Shown: positions 34,880 through 45,497, counted from the first letter of the stretch. The stretch is DNA of 64,000 bases from Acidobacteriota bacterium (GCA_013203475.1 JABMNV010000015.1:3567-67566); one strand, 5' to 3'. A program made the numbers and translations. Notes: a model not told the origin generated them from the letters alone.

Positions 34880-36321
34880 CTAAAGAGTGGCTGATGGATG
34901 TTCAGGGTACGGTCGTGGCACATCGCCTGGAGCTCGGCGTTTCGACTGTTGTTCCGAGCCGTACTCGAGCTCGATCATGGCCGCGTAGAACGAGGGCGGC
35001 CCCCCGTGGTGGTGGCAGAACTCGGTGACAAGCGTCTTCATGTCGTTCCCCATCACAGACGACAGTTCCCGTCCGTCTCTGAACGCATTCCAGGCATCAA
35101 CGATGACCGACATCGTGAGGCCAGGTTCGCGCTGCAGTATGTGGATGGTCCTTGAGGCGCCCATGCCGTTGATGACGTCGACATTTCGCGTGCCTTCAGC
35201 AATATCGTCCGCGCTCATCGAGGGGTGTGATCGGACGGTGTACAGGGGATTCGGATCAAACGAGATACCCAACGCCTCTGCCTTTGTCCACAGCTCTGTA
35301 CCGGGAAGGATCAACAGGATGAAGACGCTCAACTCTGAGGGCTCAAGGCTCGCGGCAAAATTCAGTGAGCGACGGAACGTCTCCGGCGTTTCGAACGGGA
35401 GTCCGAAAATCAACTGCAGTTCGAAGTAGAGCTTATGACGTTTGAGATGCTCGATTCCCTCCAAGAACGGAGTCATTCTCAGACGCCGCTCGACGGCCTG
35501 TAATGTGGTGTCGTCGGTCGTCTGCAGGCCCACTTCCAGCCAGCACATGTTCGCCGCCGCCATCAGGGAGGCAAGTTCATCGTCCATGAACTCCGCCAAG
35601 ATCGCGGCATGCATCTGCACGCGCCGTGTGTTGTGCTTCGCGATGAAACGGCAAATCTCCTTGGCGCGGGTGGCGTTCAGATTGAAGATCGGGTCCATCA
35701 AGTAGATCTCGACGACATCTCGGTTGAGCCAATACAGGAGCTCGGACTTGACCCGATCAAGGTCGAATCGCCGGTTTCTGATCGACATGTCCTTGTTGTA
35801 GAAGCAGAAATTGCATCGAAAGACACAGCCCCGTTGGGTCTCGACCGACGCCACTCGTCTCTCAACGGTCATGTATTTGTCAGTGTGCGGTGAAGGCAAC
35901 AGATTCAAATCGCGCACGATCGCGGCCTCGGCGGTGCTCACCACCGCCTCACCCCGACGAAAAGAAATTCCTGAGACCTCGTCGAGGTCGCCTCCAGCCC
36001 CCCATGCCTGAGCAATCTCGGCGAAGGGGACTTCGCCCTCCCCGTGGACGATGACGTCAATGGCCGGATCGCCTTCTGCTGGCGCGCCAATGTTCGAAGG
36101 GCCAGGCTGTTCCAGATGTAACACGACCGACCGACCGCATCCGGTGCCCCTGCGAGAATCTGTGCGACGTGTTCGTCTACCGTCGCTTTGGGTGACAATT
36201 CTTCAATCACCACATCGTCAAACGGGTAGCCGTGGCGCTCCACCAGATTGGCCTTGAGATACAGCAACGCCAGCGGCAGGAAGTTCTCGTCCGCGTGGAG
36301 CGTCGCAAGACAGATTTTCAT
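34880..36321 (-). pseudogene. B12-binding radical SAM protein with DUF4080-type C-terminus, disrupted by an out-of-frame internal deletion
   Basis: The N-terminal frame (ATG 36321) reads MKICLATLHADENFLPLALLYLKA...DAVGRSCYIWNSLALRTLARQQKAIRP. The C-terminal frame reads ...AIDVIVHGEGEVPF...QRGCVFRCNFCFY (CxxxCxxC). Only about 62 nt separate CYIWN from HGEGE, and the expected (I/V)VLGGPE segment is absent. Confidence 0.72.
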
Positions 36322-36472
36322 CGAACCCACACATTGTAAGGCCCTAGGGACCCCGGATTGCCTCAGCATCGAAATCGGGTCGAGCCGCGTGGCCCGAGGG
36401 CCAGCGCAATGATCATGATGGGGAACCTGCGGGACCGGCGGGCATTGTAGAATTATCGCGGAAGGATTCTGC

Positions 36473-37846
36473 GTGCCCAAGAAAATCTGCGACAACATCC
36501 TCGAGGCCATCGGGCATACTCCGATGGTTCGTATCAATGCCATCACGAAGGGCATCATTCCGGCGACCGTCCTGGCAAAAATCGAGACGTTTAATCCTGG
36601 CAACTCGATCAAAGATCGCATGGCGCTCAAGATGGTTGAGGATGCCGAGCGTGATGGCCGGCTGAAGCCTGGCGGCACCATCATCGAGGGTACCTCGGGT
36701 AATACCGGGATGGGCCTTGCGATCGCCGCCGTCGTCAAGGGCTACAAGTGCATCTTCACGACCACCGACAAACAGTCGAAAGAAAAGGTCGATGCCTTGA
36801 AAGCGATGGGGGCAGAGGTCATCGTGTGTCCGACCAACGTCGAGCCTGAAGACCCCCGGTCGTACTATTCGGTCTCGTCACGACTTGAGCGGGAGACTCC
36901 GAATTCCTGGAAGGCGAACCAGTACGACAATCTGTCGAATTCCCAGGCACATTACGAGCAGACTGGACCGGAGATCTGGGACCAGACAGACGGCACCATC
37001 ACGCACTTTGTCGTCGGCGTGGGCACGGGGGGAACCTTGTGCGGGGCCGGGCGATACCTGAAAGAAAAGAATCCCAAAATTCAAATCCTGGGCATTGATA
37101 CCTACGGCTCCATCTACAAAAAATACAAGGAAACAGGCGTCTTTGATAAGACCGAAATCTATCCCTACGTGACGGAAGGAATCGGCGAGGACTTCCTGCC
37201 CCAAAACGTGGACTTCTCGATCATCGACCACTTCGAGAAAGTCACGGACAAGGACGCCGCGGTCATGACCAGTCGGATCTCGCGCGAGGAGGGAATTTTT
37301 GTCGGCAACTCCGCAGGGTCGGTGATGGCAGGCCTGCTGCAGATGAAAGACCGCTTCAAGGCCAGCGACGTGGTGGTCGTGATCTTTCACGACCATGGGA
37401 CTCGTTATCTCGGAAAGATGTTCAACAACGACTGGATGCGCAAGATGGGGTATCTGGACATCTCCGGACTGACGGCCCGCGACCTGGTGTCCGCGAAGAA
37501 GACCGTGCCGATGTTGTCCATCGAAGAGTCCGACACGGTGGCCCGGGCCGTTCAGGTCATGACCGAGCACGACTTCTCGCAGATTCCCGTGATGCACTCC
37601 GACCGCCTCGTTGGCTCAGTCAACGAGTCACGCCTGTATGCCGCGCTCGTCGAGGATCCGACGATACGAACCCAACCGGTCAAGGTCATCATGCAGCCGG
37701 CGTTTCCTTTCGCCGACATCTCCACGGGCATTGACGCCCTGGCTTCGATGCTGACGCCGGAGAGCCCTGCCGTGCTGGTCCGCGACTTCAAGAGCGATGA
37801 GACGTATGTCATCACGCGCTCGGATATCGTGCGCGCGTTGGCGTAG
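36473..37846 (+). CDS. Cystathionine beta-synthase (PLP fold-II domain plus CBS-domain pair)
   Basis: FNPGNSIKDRMA, GTSGNTGMGLA, and a C-terminal tandem CBS pair. GGAAGGA RBS upstream of GTG 36473. TAGAAT at 36448-36453. Confidence 0.9.
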   Translation: MPKKICDNILEAIGHTPMVRINAITKGIIPATVLAKIETFNPGNSIKDRMALKMVEDAERDGRLKPGGTIIEGTSGNTGMGLAIAAVVKGYKCIFTTTDKQSKEKVDALKAMGAEVIVCPTNVEPEDPRSYYSVSSRLERETPNSWKANQYDNLSNSQAHYEQTGPEIWDQTDGTITHFVVGVGTGGTLCGAGRYLKEKNPKIQILGIDTYGSIYKKYKETGVFDKTEIYPYVTEGIGEDFLPQNVDFSIIDHFEKVTDKDAAVMTSRISREEGIFVGNSAGSVMAGLLQMKDRFKASDVVVVIFHDHGTRYLGKMFNNDWMRKMGYLDISGLTARDLVSAKKTVPMLSIEESDTVARAVQVMTEHDFSQIPVMHSDRLVGSVNESRLYAALVEDPTIRTQPVKVIMQPAFPFADISTGIDALASMLTPESPAVLVRDFKSDETYVITRSDIVRALA

Positions 37847-37901
37847 AGACGATTCACATGCCTTCATGTGGACCTGCCTTTCGTCTAATAGGAGAAATAT
37901 C

Positions 37902-39719
37902 GTGATCAACGTTCGTCGGTCGGTCGGAGCGCTGTTGGTGGCGGTTCTTGGAGGGCTGGTGGCTGCTTGTGCCTCGGCGCCGTCGGGCTCGCCCTCACAG
38001 CCGATGTACAACCAGTTCGACAGCGACTGGCAGTACTGGATGGCGCAGTACCCCGAAGTGGCCGCCAGTCTGGGCGTGACGGGCGGCGAGCGGCGCTGGA
38101 CGGACTACTCGATTGACGCCATCACCATTCGGGAAACGTTTCTTCGCGAGAGTCTGGACCGATTCAGGTTCATTGATCGGTCGGCGCTCGACCCGGCTGA
38201 TCAGTTGAACTACGACCTGTACCTGCAGATGCTCGAGACGGCAGTCCAGGGCCTTGACTTTCACAACGATGCCATTCCGATACGTGGGGTGATTCCCCAC
38301 AATCTGATGATGCCCATCAATCAGATGGAGGGCATGTAGCAGGACATTCCACGAACGATCGCGCTGATGCCAGGTGCGACCGCAGTCGAACTGGGGCATA
38401 TCGTCTCAAGGCTGCGGGCCATTCCGGCGGTTGTGGACCAGGCGATCGGCTTGATGCGGCAGGGCGTCGGCGAGCGGATGACGCCGCCGCGCATTGCGCT
38501 ACGAGATGTGCCTGGTCAGGTCGCGGCGCAGGTCGTGGACGAACCATTGACGAGTCCCATGCTGGCGGCGTTTGTCAGGCGCCCGGCCGGCGTGCCAGAG
38601 GCGGACTGGGCGCCGCTTGTAGACCAGGCGATGACCGCCTATCGCGATCAGGTGGCGACCGCCTTCAGGCGTCTTCATGTGTTTCTCGTTGAGGAGTACC
38701 TGCCGGCATGCCGGGAGACCACCGGGGCAAACTCCCTTCCAAACGGTGACGCGCTGTACGCCTACAACGCGCAGTGGCACACGACCAGTGCGGAGACAGC
38801 CCAGCAAATCCACGACATCGGCTTGGCCGAGGTCGCCCGTATCCGCGCCGAAATGGATGCGGTCATTGCCGAGGCGGGCTACGCCAACCGTTTTGACGAC
38901 TTCGTGCGCTTTCTCCGCACCGATCGGCGCTTCTACTACACCGATGCCGATGCGCTTGTCAGCGGGTATCGCGATGTGGCTAAGCGCGCGGATCCGGAAT
39001 TGGCAAAACTCTTCGGGCGTCTCCCACAGACCCCCTACGGTGTCATTCGAGTACCCGACGCTGTCGCCCCGTCGCAGACGACGGCCTACTACGAGCCCGG
39101 TTCGCTGGTGGCCGGGCGGCCGGGGTACATGTTCGCGAACACCTACAAGTTGGATGCCCGTCCGAAGTACGAGATGGAGGCACTGACACTGCACGAGGCG
39201 GTGCCGGGCCATCACCTTCAGATCGCCATCGCTCAGGAACTGACGGGCCTCCCGGAGTTCCGGAAGCACTCCAGCTACACGGCCTACGTCGAAGGATGGG
39301 CGCTGTACGCAGAACGCCTGGGCACCCCGATGGGGTTCTACGCCGACTCGTATTCGCGGTTTGGACAGTTGACCTACGAGATGTGGCGGGCCGTGCGCCT
39401 GGTCGTCGACACCGGCCTCCACTCCATGGGCTGGACCCGGCAACACGCGATCGAATTCTTTCTCAAGAACACGGCCAAGACGCTGCAGGACATCACCGTC
39501 GAGGTGGACCGCTACATCGTCTGGCCCGGCCAGGCCCTGGGATACAAAATGGGCGAAATCAAGATTCGCGCCCTTCGGGCAGAGGCTGAGGCGCAGTTGG
39601 GTGAGGCCTTTGATCTTCGAGGGTTTCACGACGAATTGTTGGCGTCCGGTGCCGTGCCTCTGGACGTGGTTGATGCGCGCATCCGTGCGTGGATCGAGCG
39701 CATGCGGGCGGCGCGGTAG
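37902..39719 (+). pseudogene. DUF885-family lipoprotein interrupted by an in-frame TAG (38337-38339)
   Basis: AGGAG followed by GTG 37902. Lipobox LGGLVAAC. Track ORFs 37797..38339 and 38367..39719 are in the same frame. The text reads continuously across the stop: PINQMEGM*QDIPRTIALMPG. HEAVPGHHLQ and a typical DUF885 C-terminus follow. Confidence 0.75.
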
Positions 39720-39738
39720 TCGGCCGGGGAGCAGACGA

Positions 39739-41316
39739 ATGACACGGGAAGACGAGCAGAGGGCAGCCCTCCGCCTGCAGCTACGCGAGGCCATTGAGAC
39801 GCTTGAGCTGATCGACAGCGATCGGCGCCTGCTGGCGGCCCTCCCCGAAGACGAACGTGCGCGGCTGGTCCAGGCGGCCGGCAACGTCTACAACCCGGAT
39901 GTGCCCTCGCGCCGTCGGTTGGTGAAGGAGATCATTCGACGGCGACAGGCCGAGAAGGTGAGGCGCGACGAGGCCGCACTCCACGAGACAGGCATCCGCG
40001 AGTTGCGGCGGCGTCCTGTCTTTACGACGCCGAACTACTTTCCACCGCCGGCCACCGACCAGGGAGAACCGGTGGAGTCACACACGCGGCCGGCGGCGCC
40101 TCGGTCTTCGGAGGAGCGCCACTGCTATGTCTGCAAACGCCACTTCCGGGAGATCCACGATTTCTACGATCAGCTCTGCCCTGAGTGCGCGGCCTCGAAC
40201 TTCGCGAAGCGCACCGAGTCGGCCGATCTGACTGGGCGCGTGGCCCTGCTGACCGGCGGCCGGGTGAAAATCGGATACCAGGCCGGACTGAAGTTGTTGC
40301 GGGCGGGCGCTCGCGTGATTGTCACAACCCGGTTTCCTCGTGACTCGGCGATTCGCTACGCCAACGAGCCCGACTTCGGCGAGTGGGGGCCTCGACTCGA
40401 GATTGTTGGTCTCGACTTGCGGCACACGCCCAGCGTCGAGGCGTTCTGCCATGAGATGTCGTCCAAGCTCGACCGTCTCGACTTTATCGTCAACAATGCG
40501 TGCCAGACCGTGCGACGGCCACCGGAGTTCTACGCCCACATGATGGAAGGGGAGACGGCCGCGGTTCACACCATGCCAGACCACGTTCGGGCACTCGTCG
40601 GGGCCTACGAAGGTCTGCGCGGGTATCACATGCTGCCGGAGTCGGACGCGACGCCGGCGCTCAGTGGCTCGCAGGACACGCTGGCCACACGGCTGTCGGA
40701 GGTGGCGGGCCTGACCCATGCGGCGGCGCTGTCACAGGTGGCTCTGTTGCCCGAGGAACTGCAGGCGCAGCGGGACTTGTTTCCCGAAGGTCAGCTGGAT
40801 CAGGATCTCCAACAGATTGACCTCAGGGGCCGAAATTCCTGGCGACTTTTGATGGCTGAAGTGCCGTCAGTGGAGCTGCTGGAGGTGCAGTTGGTCAACG
40901 CCATCGCGCCATTTCTGATCAACGCTCGGCTCAAGCCACTCATGCTGCGGACGGCAGATCGAGACAAACATATTGTGAATGTGTCCGCCGTTGAGGGCCA
41001 GTTCTACAGGGCCTTCAAAACCACGCGTCACCCACATACCAACATGGCGAAGGCGGCGCTGAACATGATGACTCGCACGGCGGCCGCCGACTACTTCGCG
41101 GATGGTATTCACATGAACAGCGTCGATACCGGGTGGGTCACTGACGAGGACCCCGCCGAACTCGCGGCCCGGAAAGTCATCGACCATCGATTTCATCCCC
41201 CGCTCGATATCGTCGACGGTGCGGCCCGCATCGTTGACCCCATCATTGAGGGAATCAACACCGGCGTACATGTCTGGGGCCAGTTTCTGAAGGACTACAA
41301 ACCGACGAGTTGGTAG
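39739..41316 (+). CDS. SDR-fold oxidoreductase with a long N-terminal extension containing a C4 zinc-ribbon
   Basis: 525 aa from ATG 39739 (GGGGAG RBS). CYVCKRHF...x16...CPECAA precedes the Rossmann segment ALLTGGRVKIGYQAGLKLLRAGARVIVTTR. A possible YxxxK motif is in FYRAFK. Confidence 0.72.
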   Translation: MTREDEQRAALRLQLREAIETLELIDSDRRLLAALPEDERARLVQAAGNVYNPDVPSRRRLVKEIIRRRQAEKVRRDEAALHETGIRELRRRPVFTTPNYFPPPATDQGEPVESHTRPAAPRSSEERHCYVCKRHFREIHDFYDQLCPECAASNFAKRTESADLTGRVALLTGGRVKIGYQAGLKLLRAGARVIVTTRFPRDSAIRYANEPDFGEWGPRLEIVGLDLRHTPSVEAFCHEMSSKLDRLDFIVNNACQTVRRPPEFYAHMMEGETAAVHTMPDHVRALVGAYEGLRGYHMLPESDATPALSGSQDTLATRLSEVAGLTHAAALSQVALLPEELQAQRDLFPEGQLDQDLQQIDLRGRNSWRLLMAEVPSVELLEVQLVNAIAPFLINARLKPLMLRTADRDKHIVNVSAVEGQFYRAFKTTRHPHTNMAKAALNMMTRTAAADYFADGIHMNSVDTGWVTDEDPAELAARKVIDHRFHPPLDIVDGAARIVDPIIEGINTGVHVWGQFLKDYKPTSW

Positions 41317-41325
41317 GAACCTTGG

Positions 41326-41913
41326 GTGCAGGGCTGCGTGAGTTTGATGTACGCTGGTAAGATGGACTGTTATTCAGGAAAAGACTGTGCTCGGTCGTTT
41401 CGGACCGTCAGGAAGAACACAATTCAAGTTGCAAACGACATCCCGGTAGAACAGTGGGGATTTCGCCCGACGCCAGAGTCGATGAGCGTCCACGAACTGC
41501 TGGCCCATCTGGCGGCGGCCACGACCTGGCAGTTGAAGGCACATCGTGACGACCGAAAGACGACGATTTCGTTTGACGAATTCCGCGTGTACATCGAAGC
41601 TGCCACCGCCTTTGGCCAGGCGCTCGATTCGCGCGAGCGTGTGCTCCAGGCACTTGAGACCGAGGGTGAGGCGTTTGCCTCGTATCTTGAGTCAATGACC
41701 AGCGAGAGGATGGCTGAGCACGTCAGTTTGCCTGCGCCGATCGACCCGCCGAGCAAGTCACGGTTCGAGATGCTGCTGGGCGTGAAGGAACATGAGATGC
41801 ATCACCGAGCGCAGTTGATGGTGTACCAACGCCTGGTTGGCGTCGTGCCGCACTTGACCCTGAGCCGGCAGGCGGCCTTCGCGGCGCGCGCGGCCGAGAC
41901 CTCGAAGCAGTAG
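41326..41913 (+). CDS. DinB-superfamily protein
   Basis: HELLAHLAA ... HEMHHRAQLMVY metal-binding His pattern of DinB/YfiT-like four-helix bundles. The start is uncertain (GTG 41326, ATG 41347 or ATG 41362). Confidence 0.72.
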   Translation: MQGCVSLMYAGKMDCYSGKDCARSFRTVRKNTIQVANDIPVEQWGFRPTPESMSVHELLAHLAAATTWQLKAHRDDRKTTISFDEFRVYIEAATAFGQALDSRERVLQALETEGEAFASYLESMTSERMAEHVSLPAPIDPPSKSRFEMLLGVKEHEMHHRAQLMVYQRLVGVVPHLTLSRQAAFAARAAETSKQ

Positions 41914-41925
41914 TCGGACCTGAGC

Positions 41926-43029
41926 ATGCTTACCGCTGGAATCGTCGGACTGCCCAACGTGGGAAAGTCCACCCTGTTCAACGCCGTCACGCGGACGCGG
42001 AAAGCCGAGGCGGCGAATTACCCGTTTTGCACCATCGATCCCAATGTGGGAATCGTCACGGTGCCTGACGCCCGATTGTACGAACTTCAGAAAATCGCCA
42101 AGACCAACGTCGTCATTCCCGCAGCCATCGAGTTTGTCGATATTGCCGGACTGGTTGCCGGGGCGAGTACTGGCGAAGGGCTGGGAAACAAATTCCTGAC
42201 GCACATCCGGGAAGTGGACGCGATCGTGCAGGTTGTACGCTGTTTCGAAGACGAAGATGTGCACCACGTGTCGGGCACGGTGGATCCCGTGCGCGATATC
42301 GACGTCATCAACACCGAGCTGATTCTGGCGGACCTCGACTCCGTCAAGAAACGCCGGGATCGGCTGCAGAAGGAAATCAAGCGTGGGGACAAGGTCGCCG
42401 CAGCTGAAGACGCGGTACTGATCAAGCTTGAGCCGGTGCTCGACTCAGGCAAACCCGCGCTTTTGGCGGCACTGACACGGGAAGAAAGAGCGCTGTCGCG
42501 GGCGTTGTTCCTGCTCACGGACAAGCCAACCATCTTTGCGTGCAACGTCAATGAAGGTGACCTGGCGACAGCCGACAGCAACCCGTACGTGATCAAGGTG
42601 CGTGACTACGTCAAGACCCACTTGGCGTGTGAAGCCGTCGTCATTAGTGCGCAGATTGAAAGTGATTTGGTTGATCTTGAACCAGATGAGTCGCAGGCGT
42701 TTCTGAAAGAGCTTGGTGTGTCAGAGAGCGGGCTCGGCTCCATGATTCTAGCGACCTATCACTTGCTTGGCCTCCGCACCTATTTCACGGCAGGTGAGAA
42801 GGAAGTGCGGGCCTGGACCATTCATGCCGGCGACACGGCGCCCCAGGCGGCCGGTGTCATCCACTCCGACTTCGAGCGGGGCTTCATCAAGGCCGAGACC
42901 GTCGCCTATGGCGACCTGGTGGCGTGTGGGTCGGTGGCCGTTGCCCGCGAAAAAGGTCTTTATCGGATGGAAGGGAAAGAGTACGTCGTCGCCGATGGCG
43001 ACGTGCTGCTGTTCAAGTTCAACGTCTAG
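41926..43029 (+). CDS. ychF: Ribosome-binding ATPase YchF
   Basis: [17 protein letters not shown]-loop, DIAGLV, and a C-terminal TGS-like [13 protein letters not shown]. Confidence 0.95.
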   Translation: MLTAGIVGLPNVGKSTLFNAVTRTRKAEAANYPFCTIDPNVGIVTVPDARLYELQKIAKTNVVIPAAIEFVDIAGLVAGASTGEGLGNKFLTHIREVDAIVQVVRCFEDEDVHHVSGTVDPVRDIDVINTELILADLDSVKKRRDRLQKEIKRGDKVAAAEDAVLIKLEPVLDSGKPALLAALTREERALSRALFLLTDKPTIFACNVNEGDLATADSNPYVIKVRDYVKTHLACEAVVISAQIESDLVDLEPDESQAFLKELGVSESGLGSMILATYHLLGLRTYFTAGEKEVRAWTIHAGDTAPQAAGVIHSDFERGFIKAETVAYGDLVACGSVAVAREKGLYRMEGKEYVVADGDVLLFKFNV

Positions 43030-43048
43030 CTCCCCCTGAGGTATCCGA

Positions 43049-43531
43049 GTGACACGCCCAGAGACCCTGATCCGACAGCTGAGCCTACGCCCACATCCGG
43101 AGGGCGGCTGGTACTCGGAAGTCTTCCGTTCGAGTCGACTGGTGTCGCCAGACGACGGCCGGGAGCCCAGGTCTGCCATGACCACGATCTATTTCCTGCT
43201 GACACGGGGCCAGCGGTCGCGCCTGCATCAGGTGAACTCCGATGAGGCGTGGCACTTCTACGAGGGCGACCCTCTGCGGTTGACGATCTGCGATGCGACA
43301 TTCGAACGCGTGGAGTCTGTGACATTGGGCCCATGGGACGGTACGTTCAGGCCGGTCCACGTGGTGCCGGCAGGTGATTGGCAGTCGGCTGGCACCCTGG
43401 GCGACTATTCTCTGGTCGGTTGCACGGTTGGGCCGGGGTTCGATTTCCTCGATTTTTCCATGCTTCGTGACGATCTCGTGAAGGCCGAACAGGTGAGGGC
43501 GCTCCATCCTCAGTTGGCCGACGACGTCTAG
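43049..43531 (+). CDS. Cupin-superfamily protein (DUF985-like)
   Basis: L.PHPEGGWYSEVFRS N-terminal motif and SLVGCTVGPGFDFLDF. Confidence 0.8.
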   Translation: MTRPETLIRQLSLRPHPEGGWYSEVFRSSRLVSPDDGREPRSAMTTIYFLLTRGQRSRLHQVNSDEAWHFYEGDPLRLTICDATFERVESVTLGPWDGTFRPVHVVPAGDWQSAGTLGDYSLVGCTVGPGFDFLDFSMLRDDLVKAEQVRALHPQLADDV

Positions 43532-43570
43532 AGGCCCAATCTTCGGGCTACACTGGACCGGGGAGGCACC

Positions 43571-44023
43571 GTGCGGAACATTCGATCTGTCATCGGCATT
43601 GGGTTGGTTGTCGGTCTCATCCTGACGGCTTTGGCTGATGGCGCCCTGTCCTGGTTCGCGTCGCTGACCGTTGTCGGCGGTCTGGTTCTGGGCGGACTGA
43701 TGCTCGGCGCCGCTCGGCTGGGCTTTCGTCGGGCCTCCGCGCACGAGTCGGACTCGATGCTCCCGCTGGGGCAGGCCACAGACATAATCAATGTGTCCCG
43801 TATCCGGGTCGCTGGCATTGGGGGCGCGGGTCTCGTTGTGATGGCCTGGACCCTGGCAGCCACCTTCCCGCTCATCGGTTGGTCAGTGGGACTCGGCCTG
43901 GCCGCTGGCGTCGTAATGGCCCTCTCGGTCATTGGGTACAGACATCGGCACGGACCCTTGCCAACTGGGCACGGTGCTCCACGTGGCGGTGGCGTGTTGT
44001 TCGGACAGGAGAACTGCAGATGA
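43571..44023 (+). CDS. Hypothetical membrane protein (about 4 TM)
   Basis: GGGGAGG RBS upstream of GTG 43571. Hydrophobic segments throughout. The stop overlaps the next ATG (ATGA at 44020). Confidence 0.5.
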   Translation: MRNIRSVIGIGLVVGLILTALADGALSWFASLTVVGGLVLGGLMLGAARLGFRRASAHESDSMLPLGQATDIINVSRIRVAGIGGAGLVVMAWTLAATFPLIGWSVGLGLAAGVVMALSVIGYRHRHGPLPTGHGAPRGGGVLFGQENCR

Positions 44024-44550
44024 TAATGGGCTTCGTACTGGCCGTCGGCCTCGCGGTCGCACCGCAGGTCCAGGCAACACCACCACCGCTCCCGCCATCG
44101 CAGGCGGATCTATCGGCGATCGCGTTCCACGCCGCGAGGCTGACCCTGCTTGAGCAGCGGAAACAGGAAAGTGATGCCGCCCTCGTCCGGGCGCGAATCC
44201 GGCTCCAATTGGGAGACAAGCACCCTGATGTGATGGCGCTGGTCCGGCAGTTGGACGCGGCCGAGCGCGCGCTGGCGGCGGAGTTTTTCGAATGGAACGA
44301 AGCGGTTCTGCAACGGTTGACAGACAAGAAGGCTGTGCTCGAGCGAGATATGAATCAGATGGTCGTGGGCCGTCGCCTGGGGACGCGCCATCCTGAAGTG
44401 CAGGCACTGGTGGCCAGAATTGCCGCCGGACCAAGCGACCTCTATCCCTTATTTCGTCTCGCCAGATTGTACGAAGGGGCCGGCCGCGATGCCGACGCGG
44501 AGCGGACGCTCTCGGACGCCTTGGTGTGGCTACGAGCCCGCGGCAAGTAG
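44020..44550 (+). CDS. Hypothetical secreted helical protein
   Basis: Signal-like MIMGFVLAVGLAVAPQVQA. Repeated ...HPDVMALVRQL / HPEVQALVARI segments. The start is taken as ATG 44020 inside track ORF 43879. Confidence 0.5.
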   Translation: MIMGFVLAVGLAVAPQVQATPPPLPPSQADLSAIAFHAARLTLLEQRKQESDAALVRARIRLQLGDKHPDVMALVRQLDAAERALAAEFFEWNEAVLQRLTDKKAVLERDMNQMVVGRRLGTRHPEVQALVARIAAGPSDLYPLFRLARLYEGAGRDADAERTLSDALVWLRARGK

Positions 44551-45497
44551 GCGTCGGTGTCACGGCCTGCGCGGTACTGATCGCGGCCCTCTGCTCCGTC
44601 GCCAGCATCGTAGCCACCTCTTCAAATACGAGCATCCGCACGCCGGCGCCGCCTCAGCGGTATACGGTCGTTGCAGACGGTCATCCGCTCGCTGTGTGGG
44701 GGCGGACGCCGCCGACTCCTTGTGCTGCCCTGGTGTTGATTCACGGTCGCACCTGGAGCAGCCGACCCGACTTTGATCTCCAGGTGCCCGGACTCAGCCG
44801 GTCGGTCTTGACCTCGTTGGTGGCCCAGGGCGTGGCTGCGTACGCCGTTGACTTGCGCGGCTATGGCGAATCCCCGCGTGACGCGTCTGGTTTCCTGACG
44901 CCAAGCCGGGCCGCCGCCGATGTGGCTGTCGTGCTCCGGTGGGTTGCGGCACGGCATCCAAAACTGCCTGCTCCAGCCCTGCTTGGGTGGTCGCAAGGTG
45001 CCGCGGTCGCACACCTGGCGGCGCAGTTGCCTGGTCTTCCGTTGTCTTCCCTCGTTCTCTTTGGATTCACGATGGAGCCGGGCCTGAAGTCCGCCGCTCT
45101 TCCTGTTCCGGAACTGCCAGCATACGAGAAGACCACGCGTGCCGATGCGCTGCTCGATTTCATCTCGCCGGCGGTCACGCCTGCGGCCGTGGCGTCGGCG
45201 TTTGCCGACCAGGCGCTGGCCGCCGACCCCGTCCGAACAGACTGGGTCCACGAAGAGGAATTTAATGCACTGGACCCGTCGCGGCTCACGATGCCGACGA
45301 TGATTCTGCATGGATCGCTGGACCCCGGCGTCCCGACAGACGTCACGGCGCGGTTCTTTTCCAACATCGCCGCCTCGCGGCGCCAGTGGACGCTGTTGTC
45401 GGGGGGGGATCACGCCGCGCAAGTGGAGGACACGCACGCCGCGTTTATCAGCGCGGTTGTCGAGTTCATCACCCGCCCGGCGCCCCCGCGCCGCTGA
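44526..45497 (+). CDS. Alpha/beta hydrolase
   Basis: LVLIHGRTWSS, nucleophile elbow GWSQGA, and a late GGDHAAQ. The N-terminal segment is signal-like. Confidence 0.75.
   Translation: MATSPRQVGVGVTACAVLIAALCSVASIVATSSNTSIRTPAPPQRYTVVADGHPLAVWGRTPPTPCAALVLIHGRTWSSRPDFDLQVPGLSRSVLTSLVAQGVAAYAVDLRGYGESPRDASGFLTPSRAAADVAVVLRWVAARHPKLPAPALLGWSQGAAVAHLAAQLPGLPLSSLVLFGFTMEPGLKSAALPVPELPAYEKTTRADALLDFISPAVTPAAVASAFADQALAADPVRTDWVHEEEFNALDPSRLTMPTMILHGSLDPGVPTDVTARFFSNIAASRRQWTLLSGGDHAAQVEDTHAAFISAVVEFITRPAPPRR

Noticed and set aside
36322-36472. Possible SAM/SAH-type riboswitch or attenuator upstream of cystathionine beta-synthase
   Set aside because: The best -10 element (TAGAAT, 36448-36453) leaves only a leader of about 20 nt with an RBS. 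The only structure seen upstream is a short GGCCC-GA-GGGCC hairpin. There is no conserved riboswitch core.
37855-37870. Hairpin CACATG-CCTT-CATGTG after the cystathionine beta-synthase stop, considered as an intrinsic terminator
   Set aside because: It has a 6-bp AT-containing stem, is not followed by a U-run, and lies just upstream of the RBS of the next co-directional gene.
38337-38339. TAG as a recoded sense codon (for example pyrrolysine or programmed read-through)
   Set aside because: This is a single occurrence, no pyl-type genes or recoding signals are visible in the window, and TAG is used as an ordinary stop elsewhere (for example at 37844-37846 and 59793-59795). A point mutation or sequencing error is more parsimonious.
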